A stretch of 36,367 nt of DNA. Origin: a virus (Duplodnaviria > Caudoviricetes). Location of the stretch: IMG/VR virus record IMGVR_UViG_3300025635_000079, positions 1 through 36,367 of that record; one strand, 5' to 3'. The stretch's first letter is position 1. Every line of letters begins with the position of its first letter. Of this stretch, positions 1 through 7,812 are shown one piece after another. The notes beneath the pieces were generated by a model. It did not search any database. It saw nothing but the letters and a program-made list of their open reading frames with translations, and had not been told where the DNA came from. Position numbers and translations under genes: made by a program.

Positions 1-135
1 CTCGAAGGGTTGAGACAGGGTGTCGATGTAGATCAGCGTGGGCTTGGTGGGCAGGGCCTCGATGGCCGATGCCAGGGCCTCAACGTGTTCCGAAATACTC
101 AACACCAGGGGCGTGATGCAGACGTGAAAGTTTGG
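1..135. repeat. Terminal direct repeat, copy 1 (circular assembly overlap)
   Basis: Identical to 36233-36367 except position 9 (G) vs 36241 (T); lies inside a continuous reading frame. Confidence 0.95.
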
Positions 136-1401
136 GGTCAGGCTCACGCCATGAGCCTGGTGCCAGGCCTGCACGCGGCGATAGATGCCTGCACCGCCTT
201 CGGCTGCGACGTAGACCACGCCGCCTGGTCGTGTCTTGCGACCTGCCCATTGCATGCCGTGCGCGACGTGTAAGCAGTGGTCCAGGGCGATGAAAGACTT
301 GTAGGTGCCTGACGCGCCAAAGAACATGCCCAGGGAGTCGTCAGGGATCAAGTGCTTGACCTGCCACTTGACGGTCCCGGCCCGTGCCTGCAGCTCGTCG
401 AGGTTGACTAGCAGGCCGCTTGCATCTTCTTGGCCTTGCTCGTTCTTGGGCAGGTTCAGGTTGATGTTGACGGTGGGCTGCTTGCGTTCTTCTGGCGCGA
501 ACTTCTCGGCTGACTTCACGGCACGCGGGATCTCTGACCTGCGCGTCTCCCATCTGCGGTATTCGTCCGCGTTGCGCGTGTCGGGCCTGGCTGTGTCCAT
601 GATGGAGTACAGGTGCTCGACCGCCGCGCCGGGGAACATGCCGCCTGCAATCAGGTTGGCGGCCAGGCGGGTGATGCTGTCGTGATAGACGCGCTGGGAT
701 GGATCGGGGTTGGTCAGATCAGCGACCAGGTCGCCTGCATGATTTCCTGTTGACGTTGTTGTGGATGCGGTTTTCGTTTGCACGTCGACCATGTTGCGCA
801 GTGAATCGAGGTCGACACCGACGGCTGCACATGCGTCGTCGAGTGACCAGCGCACGTTGGGTTGCCAGAGCTCGAGCTTGACCTCCCACTCACCGGCTGC
901 GCGTGGCTTGGTGTTGCGACCAAACGGCAGGCGAACGTACCGCACGCAGGCGTTGCCTGATGCGTCGTTTGATCGACCTCGAGCGGCCAGGGCAGACATG
1001 ACCCGGTCGACGAGCTGGCGGTTATAGGCGTCCTGGTCGTCTGCATCGAGCAAGATGCCGATCTGGAACTTGCCTGGGCTGGTCTGGATCGCGTATGAGA
1101 ACGCGTGGAAATCGTTGAGCTGCACGTCGTCCAGGACGAGCACGGCCAGGCGCACAAACGCGTCCTTGCGGCGCACGATCTCGCCCTCGTCACCGACGGT
1201 GAGCACGCTGGTGCAGAAGTAGTTGTTGTCACCGCCTGCGCGGTCAATCAGGGCCGCTTGCTGTGGCAGCCCTTTGTAGAGTCGACCAGACCATTTGCCT
1301 GGGTCCTGGCTTGATGGATCTGCGCGGAAGCTGCAGACCCAGCCGTGTTGTCCTTGCTCAAGGTTTCCGTAGACCTCGGCGAGAAAATCGCTGTTGGTCA
1401 T
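1..1401 (-). CDS. Primase-helicase, N-terminal part (RepB-like AEP primase + AAA_25/RepA-like helicase); joins 35612-36232 across the junction, ~673 aa in total
   Basis: Not in the ORF track. Read manually from ATG at 1401 (MTNSDFLAEVYG...), stop-free to position 1. Primase motifs VLVLDDV, IQTSPGKFQ, YVRLPFGRNTK; Walker A GMFFGASGTYKS at ~298-330; same frame as ORF 35612-36337 through the overlap. Confidence 0.9.
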   Translation of the reverse strand, partial: MTNSDFLAEVYGNLEQGQHGWVCSFRADPSSQDPGKWSGRLYKGLPQQAALIDRAGGDNNYFCTSVLTVGDEGEIVRRKDAFVRLAVLVLDDVQLNDFHAFSYAIQTSPGKFQIGILLDADDQDAYNRQLVDRVMSALAARGRSNDASGNACVRYVRLPFGRNTKPRAAGEWEVKLELWQPNVRWSLDDACAAVGVDLDSLRNMVDVQTKTASTTTSTGNHAGDLVADLTNPDPSQRVYHDSITRLAANLIAGGMFPGAAVEHLYSIMDTARPDTRNADEYRRWETRRSEIPRAVKSAEKFAPEERKQPTVNINLNLPKNEQGQEDASGLLVNLDELQARAGTVKWQVKHLIPDDSLGMFFGASGTYKSFIALDHCLHVAHGMQWAGRKTRPGGVVYVAAEGGAGIYRRVQAWHQAHGVSLTPNFHVCITPLVLSISEHVEALASAIEALPTKPTLIYIDTLSQPFE

Positions 1402-1423
1402 CGCTGTTGCTCCGATGACCATC

Positions 1424-1666
1424 TCATGCCTCGATGTAAACCAGCTCCCGAACACCCAGGGGCACGCCCTGACGCTTGCCCATCTCGATGAGCTTGGGCC
1501 AATACCGTTGGGGGACGATCCCGCCGGTGCCGTTGGGGGCGGGCTGGCACCAGCGCGAGAGCGTGGACTTGTCCAGGTTCAGCTCGCCGGCCACGGCGCT
1601 CTTGCCGCCAAGGCGCTCGATCAAGGTGTACGCAGGGTCTAGCTTGTGAATCACGGGGATGGTCAT
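1424..1666 (-). CDS. Cro-like HTH protein (80 aa; likely start ATG 1666)
   Basis: IERLGGKSAVAGELNLDKSTLSRW...G.VP..YW pattern; divergent from the repressor; GAGGAAAG RBS before 1666. Confidence 0.8.
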   Translation of the reverse strand: MTIPVIHKLDPAYTLIERLGGKSAVAGELNLDKSTLSRWCQPAPNGTGGIVPQRYWPKLIEMGKRQGVPLGVRELVYIEA

Positions 1667-1680
1667 TTCTTTCCTCATTG

Positions 1681-1699
1681 TGTTGCGATTGACTCAATG
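1681..1699. promoter_or_regulatory. 19-bp operator-like imperfect palindrome in the cro/cI intergenic region
   Basis: TGTTGCGATTGACTCAATG; one of six related sites. Confidence 0.65.
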
Positions 1700-1745
1700 G
1701 CGAGTTTATGTCACCCTGCATAGATGGGGGGGGAAAGCGCGCAAA

Positions 1746-2324
1746 ATGAACACAGACTGGTTCCGGGATTTGATGGCAGCCAAGAAGCTGTCGCAGCGAA
1801 AGATGGCAGGCATGATGGACCTGGACCCGGCGGCTGTTTCGTTGATGCTGCGCGGCCAGCGAAAGATGACCAACGAAGAGGCTCACCTGATGAGCCAGAT
1901 CCTTGGCGTCAAGACGACAGAGGTGCTGCGCCAGGCCGGCGTGGCGGTGACCGATGACGTGCGCACCGTGCCCATTTCAGCCTGGGTTGATAAAGAGGGT
2001 GTTGTCACGCTGTTTCCCGACAAAACGCACGATCGGGTGACCGGACCTGCAGACTGTCCCGCGGGCACCTACGCCGTGCAGGTGAGAGCTGCAGGGCTGC
2101 CGCAGGACGGCTGGTTGATGTACGTCACCCCTGCGCAAGTTTCCCCTGCGGACAACATCGACAACCTGTGCCTGGTGGCCAGCAAGATGGGCGCGACCAG
2201 CATGGCGGTGCTGCGCCGCGGTTACCGCTCGAACACCTTCAACCTGATCGCGTGGCCAAGCCTGGTGCAATGCAACGACGCCCTGGTCGCCTGGTGCTCG
2301 CCGGTCATCTGGATCAAGCCGTAA
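1746..2324 (+). CDS. CI-like repressor: XRE HTH + degenerate S24-like C-terminal domain (likely start ATG 1746)
   Basis: LSQRKMAGMMDLDPAAVSLMLRGQRKM HTH; C-terminal YAVQV...DGWLMYV resembles the S24 fold; divergent from cro. Confidence 0.8.
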   Translation: MNTDWFRDLMAAKKLSQRKMAGMMDLDPAAVSLMLRGQRKMTNEEAHLMSQILGVKTTEVLRQAGVAVTDDVRTVPISAWVDKEGVVTLFPDKTHDRVTGPADCPAGTYAVQVRAAGLPQDGWLMYVTPAQVSPADNIDNLCLVASKMGATSMAVLRRGYRSNTFNLIAWPSLVQCNDALVAWCSPVIWIKP

Positions 2325-2375
2325 TCTGAAAACAGAGGTACTAAGGGAAAGTCCCTACATTTTTGTTGGTCTTGG

Positions 2376-2406
2376 TGTTGGGAAATTCTCAATGTGGAGC
2401 CATAAT
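2376..2406 (+). promoter_or_regulatory. Early promoter (TTGGGA-N17-CATAAT) with an operator (2376-2394) over the -35 element
   Basis: TGTTGGGAAATTCTCAATG; -35 at 2378-2383, -10 at 2401-2406, 17-bp spacer. Confidence 0.65.
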
Positions 2407-2691
2407 CACTCCATGTTCAACGCAATCAACCAGGAGCCAACGATGCAAGTCCAAATCATTCGCAACGATCAATCAGCAGCAGGTCAATTTATTGAGGCCG
2501 ACTGCGGCAAAACCTCTGCCTACATTTGGGTCAGCAAAGCTGGCTACATCAACGTGTGCTGCAACAACGCATCGCACAAAGCATGGAAGGCGTCCAGGGG
2601 TCGCAATTTCTTCAGCTTTGACGAGGCCCTGGCCGCCTACAAGTCTGCCGAGATGAAGGCAATCATCAACGCCGCGACATTCAGCGCCTGA
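2392..2691 (+). CDS. Hypothetical early protein (likely start ATG 2443, MQVQIIR...)
   Basis: AGGAG RBS before 2443; first gene after the early promoter. Confidence 0.65.
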   Translation: MWSHNHSMFNAINQEPTMQVQIIRNDQSAAGQFIEADCGKTSAYIWVSKAGYINVCCNNASHKAWKASRGRNFFSFDEALAAYKSAEMKAIINAATFSA

Positions 2692-2822
2692 TGCACACCT
2701 GGCCCTTCCCACCACCTGGCGGGCCTGTCCCTTGGACGCCCGCGCAGGAGCGCGCTTACCAACAGCGCCGCCGCGACGAAATTCCCGACGCCCCCTTCAT
2801 TCACGTTCATCAGAAAGGTTGA
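2691..2822 (+). CDS. Small Pro/Trp-rich hypothetical protein (43 aa, MHTWPFPPPGGPVPWTP...)
   Basis: Below the ORF-track cutoff; TGATG coupling to the upstream stop. Confidence 0.55.
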   Translation: MHTWPFPPPGGPVPWTPAQERAYQQRRRDEIPDAPFIHVHQKG

Positions 2823-2825
2823 CCC

Positions 2826-2996
2826 ATGAGAGAGTCTCACTTCCGCACACCACGCACGCTCGCCGACTGCGAGTTCCGCGTCGGTTATCCCATTGCCGAG
2901 CCCCGTCGCTCGTTTGAGCAGCTGGGCCACACGGCTGTCGCTTACACCCTTGCATTCGCTGCAGGCTTTGTCGTCGCTTTAGTTGCGCTGACCTGA
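2826..2996 (+). CDS. Small membrane protein (56 aa, MRESHFRTPRTLADCEF..., C-terminal TM)
   Basis: AAAGG RBS; hydrophobic C-terminus YTLAFAAGFVVALVALT; TGATG-coupled to the next gene. Confidence 0.6.
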   Translation: MRESHFRTPRTLADCEFRVGYPIAEPRRSFEQLGHTAVAYTLAFAAGFVVALVALT

Positions 2997-3220
2997 TGCA
3001 GTGCCCTGAATGCGGCGCGTGGATCACTGTTCTTGAATCCAGACCACGCAAAGGCAACACACAACGCAGGCGCTACGAGTGCGCCAACCTCCACCGATTC
3101 ACAACCATCGAAACCGTTTATGTCAGAAGCAAACAAGATTCAAGTGGCGGGCAGCCACTACAAGAGCAAAGCGATCCAGCCGTGGGACTACATAGCGAGC
3201 AACGGCCTCGGATACTTTGA
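2996..3220 (+). CDS. Zinc-ribbon protein (NrdR N-terminal / Ogr-like)
   Basis: MQCPECG...ESR...RRRYECANLHRFTTIE. Confidence 0.75.
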   Translation: MQCPECGAWITVLESRPRKGNTQRRRYECANLHRFTTIETVYVRSKQDSSGGQPLQEQSDPAVGLHSEQRPRIL

Positions 3221-3392
3221 GGGCAACATCGTCAAGTACGTTTCACGCTGGCGCGACAAGGGCGGCGTGGATGACTTGCGCAAGGCCCAGCACTACCTGC
3301 AGAAGCTCATCGAGCTCCAACTGCAGCCTCAAGACGGCGGCAAAGACCGCTGCAACTTTTCAATCTCAGCCCACGACAGGACCAAACCATGA
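3120..3392 (+). CDS. DUF3310 (SaV-like) protein (likely start ATG 3120)
   Basis: QVAGSHY...IQPWDYI...GNIVKYVSRWRDKGGVDDLRKAQHYL signature. Confidence 0.85.
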   Translation: MSEANKIQVAGSHYKSKAIQPWDYIASNGLGYFEGNIVKYVSRWRDKGGVDDLRKAQHYLQKLIELQLQPQDGGKDRCNFSISAHDRTKP

Positions 3393-3772
3393 ACGCACTA
3401 GACGACCTCGCCACACAGTGGCGCAAAGCAAAAGACGATGAGACACGCGCACGCGATGCTCGCATCTCCATCGAGGAACAGATCCTCAAGCTGCACCCGG
3501 CCAAAGAAGAGGGAAGCGAGACGGTGACCACCGAGCTGGGCGCCAAGGTCAAGCTCACCGGCAAACTCAGCTACAAGGTCGACCTGACCAAGCTCGAGCT
3601 GCTCACGGCCAGCTGGAACGCTGACGCCAAGCCGTTCAAGACCGAGATCAAAGCGGACGAGACGAAGCTCAAGATGATCCGCAGCAACGCGCCCCGCTTG
3701 TGGTCTGAGATTGCGCCAGCGATTGAGGTCAAGCCCGCCAAGACCGGCGTCGACATTTCATTCAAGGAGTAA
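3389..3772 (+). CDS. Hypothetical phage protein of the recombination module
   Basis: 127-aa ORF, ATGA-coupled, N-terminal coiled coil. Confidence 0.7.
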   Translation: MNALDDLATQWRKAKDDETRARDARISIEEQILKLHPAKEEGSETVTTELGAKVKLTGKLSYKVDLTKLELLTASWNADAKPFKTEIKADETKLKMIRSNAPRLWSEIAPAIEVKPAKTGVDISFKE

Positions 3773-3775
3773 CCC

Positions 3776-3967
3776 TTGAAGGTGCAAGACGTATACACCG
3801 AGCAGGAGTTCATCGACTTGCTTGATGAAGCCGAATCCAACGCCAAGAACAGCTGGGAGGAAACGTTTGTTTCTGACATGCGCGAGAAGTTTAATGAGTA
3901 CAACGTGCGCATGTACATCAGCGATAAGCAAGATGAAATTCTCAACCGAATCGCCAACGATGAATAA
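3776..3967 (+). CDS. Hypothetical acidic protein
   Basis: 63-aa ORF; AAGGAG RBS with TTG start. Confidence 0.6.
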   Translation: MKVQDVYTEQEFIDLLDEAESNAKNSWEETFVSDMREKFNEYNVRMYISDKQDEILNRIANDE

Positions 3968-3977
3968 GGAGTAACTC

Positions 3978-4739
3978 ATGGCTTTCAATTTGCAATCAAT
4001 CAAGCGCACCAAGCGCATGCGCGCACCCAAGGTGGTGATCGCTGGCCCAGGCAAGATCGGCAAGACAACCTTTGCGGCCATGGCCCCCAACGCGATCGGC
4101 ATCTTGACTGAGGACGGCGCCGACGCAGTCGACGCCTCGGCCTTCCCGTTGTGCCAATCGCTCGACGATGTGTATTCCGCAATCGCCACGCTGTACAACG
4201 AGGGCCACCAGTTCGAGACGGTGTTCATCGACTCGCTCGATTGGCTCGAGCCGTTGCTACACGCTCACGTCTGCCAGGCTAACAAGTGGGAGCACATCGA
4301 GGCCCCTGGTTACGGCAAGGGCTATGTGGCAGCGGCTGACGAGTGGCGCAGGCTGTTGGCTGGCCTCGAGGCCCTGCGCCAGCACAAGAACATGGCCGTC
4401 ATCTTGATCGCGCACGACAAGATCAAGCACTTCGAGTCGCCCTTGCATGAGGGCTATGACCAGTACGTTCTAAAGCTGCACGACAGGGCCTCTGCCCTGG
4501 TGCAAGAGTGGGCCGACGTCATTGGCTGGGCCAACTATCAGATTGTCACCACGCAGTCCGACGCCGGCTTTGGCAACAAAGAAACCAAGGCCCGCACCAC
4601 CGGCAAACGCATCCTGCATCTCGAACCGCACCCCGCGCACATGGGCGGCAACCGGTTCGGCCTTAAGAATATGCCTCTCGACTGGGAGGCATTCGCCGCC
4701 GCACTTGCGGCAAATTTCACCCCCGCCAACCAGGAGTAA
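3978..4739 (+). CDS. AAA_24 / Sak4-like ATP-binding recombination protein
   Basis: Walker A GPGKIGKTT; FIDSLDWLE, GYGKGY and ILIAH motifs. Confidence 0.88.
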   Translation: MAFNLQSIKRTKRMRAPKVVIAGPGKIGKTTFAAMAPNAIGILTEDGADAVDASAFPLCQSLDDVYSAIATLYNEGHQFETVFIDSLDWLEPLLHAHVCQANKWEHIEAPGYGKGYVAAADEWRRLLAGLEALRQHKNMAVILIAHDKIKHFESPLHEGYDQYVLKLHDRASALVQEWADVIGWANYQIVTTQSDAGFGNKETKARTTGKRILHLEPHPAHMGGNRFGLKNMPLDWEAFAAALAANFTPANQE

Positions 4740-4745
4740 TCAACG

Positions 4746-5225
4746 ATGGCAAATTTCAACTTCAACGCAAACGCAGTCGCCCCCATGGCCCCTCGCTCGT
4801 ATGACCCGTTGCCCAACGGCGAATACGAAATGATCGTGACCAAGTCCGACATCAAACCGACCAAGGCCGGCACCGGCCACTACCTCGAGCTGGAGCTGCA
4901 GGTCGTCTCAGGCGAGCACAGTGGTCGCCGTCACTGGGAACGCCTGAACATCGACAACCCCAACAAGCAGGCCGAGGACATCGCCAAGGCCGCGCTGGCC
5001 GCTTTGTGCTTTGCAGTGGGCGTCGAGGACATGACCGACACCACCCAGGTGCACGACATTCCGTTTATCGTGCAGCTCGAGATCGATCGCAAAGAGCCCG
5101 ACCGCAACAAGATCACCGGCTACAAGAGCGCCAACGGTGACGCACCAGCTGCACCCCTGGCAGCGGCCCCTGCGGCCAAGCCTGCCGCACGCCCTGCCGC
5201 GCCAGCCAAAAAGCCCTGGGCATAA
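4746..5225 (+). CDS. DUF669 single-stranded DNA-binding protein
   Basis: YDPLPNGEY...TKAGTGHYLELE...GRRHWERLN; Ala/Pro tail ending KKPWA; follows AAA_24. Confidence 0.85.
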   Translation: MANFNFNANAVAPMAPRSYDPLPNGEYEMIVTKSDIKPTKAGTGHYLELELQVVSGEHSGRRHWERLNIDNPNKQAEDIAKAALAALCFAVGVEDMTDTTQVHDIPFIVQLEIDRKEPDRNKITGYKSANGDAPAAPLAAAPAAKPAARPAAPAKKPWA

Positions 5226-5236
5226 GGAGTAGCAGT

Positions 5237-5479
5237 ATGTGGGTAAAAAAAGAATGCGCACCTCTTGAGAGCACGACGGTGTACGAACTTAACGGCATCA
5301 CTTATGTGCCGCACTACAAGAACCGCAGTCTGTTTGTTGGGCCTGGTTATCCGGCCGGTGAAGGCAAACCTAAGATTGAACACACACACACGGCAGAGGA
5401 ATTGATGGCCGCAGGCGCTGAAGCCAAAACTATGATGTTGTGGCCTCGGCCCGCATTCATAGCCACGGCCGCCGCGTAA
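5237..5479 (+). CDS. Hypothetical protein
   Basis: 80-aa ORF with AAGGAG RBS. Confidence 0.6.
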   Translation: MWVKKECAPLESTTVYELNGITYVPHYKNRSLFVGPGYPAGEGKPKIEHTHTAEELMAAGAEAKTMMLWPRPAFIATAAA

Positions 5480-5487
5480 AACCAAAC

Positions 5488-5553
5488 GGGGGAAAGCGGA
5501 TGCATCTAGCAGGTGCCTGACTCCCACTTGCTGGGTGAGGTAGCGAGTACCCC
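5488..5553 (+). ncRNA. Candidate structured RNA with a loop-E (GAA/AGUA) motif
   Basis: GGGG/CCCC closing stem; GAA opposite AGUA; 12-bp stem 5504-5515/5525-5536 with three G-U pairs; followed by a U-tract. Confidence 0.6.
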
Positions 5554-5572
5554 AATTTTTTGAAAGACAACG

Positions 5573-6772
5573 ATGGCAACCCTTCCCGACTCACAACACA
5601 CCACCGCGTACCAGATCGTCCGCTGGTACGAAAAGACGCGCCAGGAGCACCGCCCCCACATGGGCGCCTCGATCATTGGCCATCAGTGCGAGCGCAGCGT
5701 CTGGTTGACCTGGCGCTGGGCACTCACCCCTGAATTCACTGGCCGCATCTTGCGCCTGTTCAGCACCGGCCAGCGCGAAGAGCCGCGCCTGATCGAAGAG
5801 CTGCGCGGCATCGGCGCGACCGTGTGGGACAAGGACGAGAACGGCAAGCAATGGACCGTCAGCGCGTGCAATGGCCACTTTGGTGGCTCGCTCGATGGCG
5901 TGGCCAAGGGCCTGCCAGAAGCGCCCAAGACCGTGGCCGTGCTCGAGTTCAAGACGCACAGCGCAAAGAGCTTTGCCGACCTGACAAAAAAGAAAGTGCG
6001 CGAGGCCAAGCCCCAGCACTTTGACCAGATGACGGTGTACATGGGCAAGATGGAGCTCGAGCGCGCCCTGTACATGGCCGTCAACAAAGACACCGACGAC
6101 CTCTACACCGAGTGGGTGCATTTCGATGCCGATCGGTTTGCCGTGCTGATGGACAAGGCCGAGCGGTTGATCGAGATGACGACACCGCCCGAGCGCATCA
6201 GCGCAGACCCGGCGTTCTACGTCTGCAAGATGTGCAACTTCTGGAAGCACTGCCACGGTGGCGTGGCCGCGGAGGCCAACTGCCGCACCTGTTGCTACGC
6301 TTCGCCCGTTGAGAATGCGGCATGGAGTTGCGACAAGCACAAGAGCAAGATCGCCGACAAGGTGCAGCGCGACGGCTGCAACGATCACCTGATGATCCCA
6401 GCCCTGGTGCCCTACGGTGAGCCGATCGACGGCGGCGAGAGCTGGGTGGCATACAAGCACCGCGACACCGGCGCGATGTTCGTCAACGGTCCTGAGAGCT
6501 GCAGCGACTACGGCCCGATCTTCTCGAGCAAAGAGCTGCACAACTGCCCCAGCGCGCTGCTGGCCGACATGGCCGGGCTCAAAGGGGAGTTCCCTGGCAG
6601 CAAGGTTGTGAGCGGTGACGTCAAGGCGCCGATGGACCTGACGACTGCGTTTGATGACATCGCCACAGACCCGAACGATTTGCCGGCAGGTAAGCCCGAC
6701 AACGCAGCCAAGAAGAAGGCCCGCGCCAAGATCAAGGCCGCAGTCGAGGCCCTGGAGGCCCAGCGCAAGTGA
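5573..6772 (+). CDS. Cas4/YqaJ-like PD-(D/E)XK exonuclease with Cys cluster
   Basis: GASIIGHQCER, GSLDG, LEFKT, QMTVYM motifs; C-terminal CKMCNF..HC and NCRTC. Confidence 0.85.
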   Translation: MATLPDSQHTTAYQIVRWYEKTRQEHRPHMGASIIGHQCERSVWLTWRWALTPEFTGRILRLFSTGQREEPRLIEELRGIGATVWDKDENGKQWTVSACNGHFGGSLDGVAKGLPEAPKTVAVLEFKTHSAKSFADLTKKKVREAKPQHFDQMTVYMGKMELERALYMAVNKDTDDLYTEWVHFDADRFAVLMDKAERLIEMTTPPERISADPAFYVCKMCNFWKHCHGGVAAEANCRTCCYASPVENAAWSCDKHKSKIADKVQRDGCNDHLMIPALVPYGEPIDGGESWVAYKHRDTGAMFVNGPESCSDYGPIFSSKELHNCPSALLADMAGLKGEFPGSKVVSGDVKAPMDLTTAFDDIATDPNDLPAGKPDNAAKKKARAKIKAAVEALEAQRK

Positions 6773-7272
6773 GTAGGCTGTTTGATCGCATACGGGCCAT
6801 GATCGTGGAGGTCGGCGACTGCTGGGAGTGGCGCGGTGCGTTGCAAAGCAATTCACCCGTCCCGACCATGAACTACAAGGGCAAGGTCGGCCCTGTGCGC
6901 AGGCACATCGCCGAGGAGCGCGGCGTGCCCCTGCAGGGCAAGCTGGCCACGCACAGTTGCGGCAACCAGCTCTGCGTGAACCCTGACCATGTGATCCTAG
7001 TGTCTCGCAAACGTCTGCAGGCGCGCATCGCCAAGGACGTCAAGCACCAGGTCAATGCGATCCGACGCAAGAAAATCTCAGACCAGGCGCGCAAGCACAG
7101 CAAGCTCACCCTCGAGCTCGCACTGCAGATCCGCGCAGCAGAAGGCACGCAACGCCAGATCGCCGCGCAATTTGGAGTGACGCAGGCGACGGTGAGCGCG
7201 ATCAAGCTGGGCAAGACCTGGCGCGACTACCTCAACCCATGGACCCAACTTTTTCCAGTGAGATCAAAATGA
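6769..7272 (+). CDS. HNH endonuclease-like protein with C-terminal HTH
   Basis: CWEWRG...HSCGNQLCVNPDH; TQRQIAAQFGVTQATVSAI HTH. Confidence 0.8.
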   Translation: MSRLFDRIRAMIVEVGDCWEWRGALQSNSPVPTMNYKGKVGPVRRHIAEERGVPLQGKLATHSCGNQLCVNPDHVILVSRKRLQARIAKDVKHQVNAIRRKKISDQARKHSKLTLELALQIRAAEGTQRQIAAQFGVTQATVSAIKLGKTWRDYLNPWTQLFPVRSK

Positions 7273-7742
7273 GCTTCATCATCGGCATAGACCCAGGCGC
7301 CAGCGGCGCTGTGGCCATCATCAAAACCAACGGCGAGCTGGTGCATGTGTTCGACATGCCCAGCGTCGAGGTCCTCGTCGGCGGCAAAGCCAAGCGCCGG
7401 GTAAGCCCCGAGATGCTGGCCGCGGAGCTCAGACTGTACGTCGACCAGGGAGCCACCGCCGTGATCGAGCAGGTGGGCGCCATGCCCGGCCAGGGGGTCA
7501 GCTCCATGTTTGCCTTTGGGGAGTCGTTTGGGCTGGCCAAGGGCGTCCTGGCAGGCCTTGGCATACCCTGCGCCAGCGTGACGCCGGGCAAGTGGAAAAA
7601 GGCCCTGCAGCTCAACGCTGGCAAGGACGCCTCCCGGGCCAAGGCGGCTGCCCTGTGGCCATCCCAGGCAGGGGAATTCAAGCGCGTGAAGGACGACGGC
7701 AAGGCCGAGGCGGCCCTGATCGCCAGGTGGGGCCTTCTTTAA
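7269..7742 (+). CDS. RuvC-like Holliday junction resolvase (likely start ATG 7269)
   Basis: IIGIDPGASGA, VIEQV, P..WKK and DGKAEAALIA motifs. Confidence 0.88.
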   Translation: MSFIIGIDPGASGAVAIIKTNGELVHVFDMPSVEVLVGGKAKRRVSPEMLAAELRLYVDQGATAVIEQVGAMPGQGVSSMFAFGESFGLAKGVLAGLGIPCASVTPGKWKKALQLNAGKDASRAKAAALWPSQAGEFKRVKDDGKAEAALIARWGLL

Positions 7743-7747
7743 TCTGT

Positions 7748-7778
7748 TGATGAGATTTCCGCAATGTTGTGCTATTAT
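7748..7778 (+). promoter_or_regulatory. Integrase promoter region: operator (7748-7766) plus extended -10 TGcTATTAT
   Basis: TGATGAGATTTCCGCAATG; TG-N-TATTAT at 7770-7778. Confidence 0.55.
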
Positions 7779-7812
7779 CAAATCTCCACCCACCTGACAA
7801 CGAGGCACAACT

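Noticed and set aside
1-135. Biological direct terminal repeats (T7-like)
   Set aside because: The repeat falls in the middle of the primase-helicase gene, far from the terminase region; better explained as assembler overlap.
2343-2357. AGGGAAAGTCCCT inverted repeat after cI
   Set aside because: Single short instance, unrelated to the 19-bp motif; not enough evidence to assign a function.
5573-6772. CRISPR-Cas system suggested by the Cas4-like gene
   Set aside because: No cas1/cas2 and no array; the AAA_24 + SSB + nuclease context is a standard phage recombination module.
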